From an uncultured Pelagibacteraceae bacterium (GTDB lineage Bacteria; Pseudomonadota; Alphaproteobacteria; Pelagibacterales; Pelagibacteraceae), in the NCBI GenBank assembly GCA_902554335.1, contig CACDOD010000002.1, forward strand, positions 10,204 through 74,203: DNA of 64,000 nucleotides. Reading direction: 5' to 3'. A program made the translations under genes and the position numbers. Shown in pieces: positions 63,845-64,000 of the stretch (positions are counted from its first letter, which is position 1; each line of letters opens with the position of its first letter). The notes under the pieces were generated by a model. It saw nothing but the letters and a program-made list of their open reading frames with translations, did no database searches and was not told where the DNA came from.

Positions 63845-64000
63845 ATGGCAAGTACAGATATTATTATACATGATAAAAAAGACAACGTTGGCGTTGTTGT
63901 AATTGAAAAAGTCGCACCAAATCAAACTTGTAATTGTTGGATTATGGAAGGTGATGGTTCAGCGACTGTAGAGGCTAAAAATGAAGTACCGCTTGGACAT
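63845..64000 (+). CDS. suyA: SAF/UxaA N-terminal-domain protein, likely sulfolactate sulfo-lyase alpha subunit SuyA (partial, runs off window)
   Basis: Not in the ORF track. Translation MASTDIIIHDKKDNVGVVVIEK…CWIMEGD…EVPLGH matches the SuyA pattern (H…DNVGVVV, WIME, PLGH); divergent from xsc. Confidence 0.72.
   Translation, partial: MASTDIIIHDKKDNVGVVVIEKVAPNQTCNCWIMEGDGSATVEAKNEVPLGH

Noticed and set aside
57441-64000. Possible tRNA-Leu-anchored genomic island
   Set aside because: The region lies on the 5' side of the tRNA. No integrase, no duplicated tRNA 3' end (att) and no evident compositional break was seen.
1-64000. CRISPR arrays, IS elements, prophage or defence genes
   Set aside because: No regularly spaced repeats, transposase/integrase or phage-like ORFs seen; nearly all sequence is accounted for by identifiable genes.

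Overview
A very AT-rich, tightly packed alphaproteobacterial chromosome segment. Composition, gene order and streamlining strongly suggest SAR11/Pelagibacterales (inference; GC not computed). About 1-57.4 kb is conserved core genome: ispDF (partial), pgpA, cinA, ratA, lipA, ftsB, eno, kdsA, pyrG, secG, tpiA, ppiD-like, trpEGDC, lexA, gltX, the rpsB-tsf-frr-uppS-cdsA-dxr-bamA-skp-fabZ-lpxD-lpxA-lpxI-lpxB cluster, dnaE, lolD, lolC/E, proS, rnj, coaX, birA, nuoA-N, tRNA-Asp, tRNA-Val, lon, clpX, clpP, tig and tRNA-Leu. Several genes usually found in these clusters are cleanly absent (pyrH, rseP, pdh, comEC/gltA, hupB, mce). The last 6.5 kb holds DUF1289, a small membrane protein, guaC and an organosulfonate locus. 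There, xsc is coupled (3 bp gap) to an 812-aa DMGDH/GcvT-family flavoprotein, followed by a secreted 4-Cys protein, and is divergent from a partial suyA-like gene. This locus is the best candidate for an undescribed system (possible N-methylated taurine demethylation feeding Xsc; hypothesis only). Cis-elements seen: paired alphaproteobacterial SOS boxes at lexA, the rpsB (S2/t44) leader RNA, GANTC-containing YGATTCG motifs before clpP and clpX, and an NrdR-box-like palindrome. No mobile element, prophage, rRNA or CRISPR was seen.
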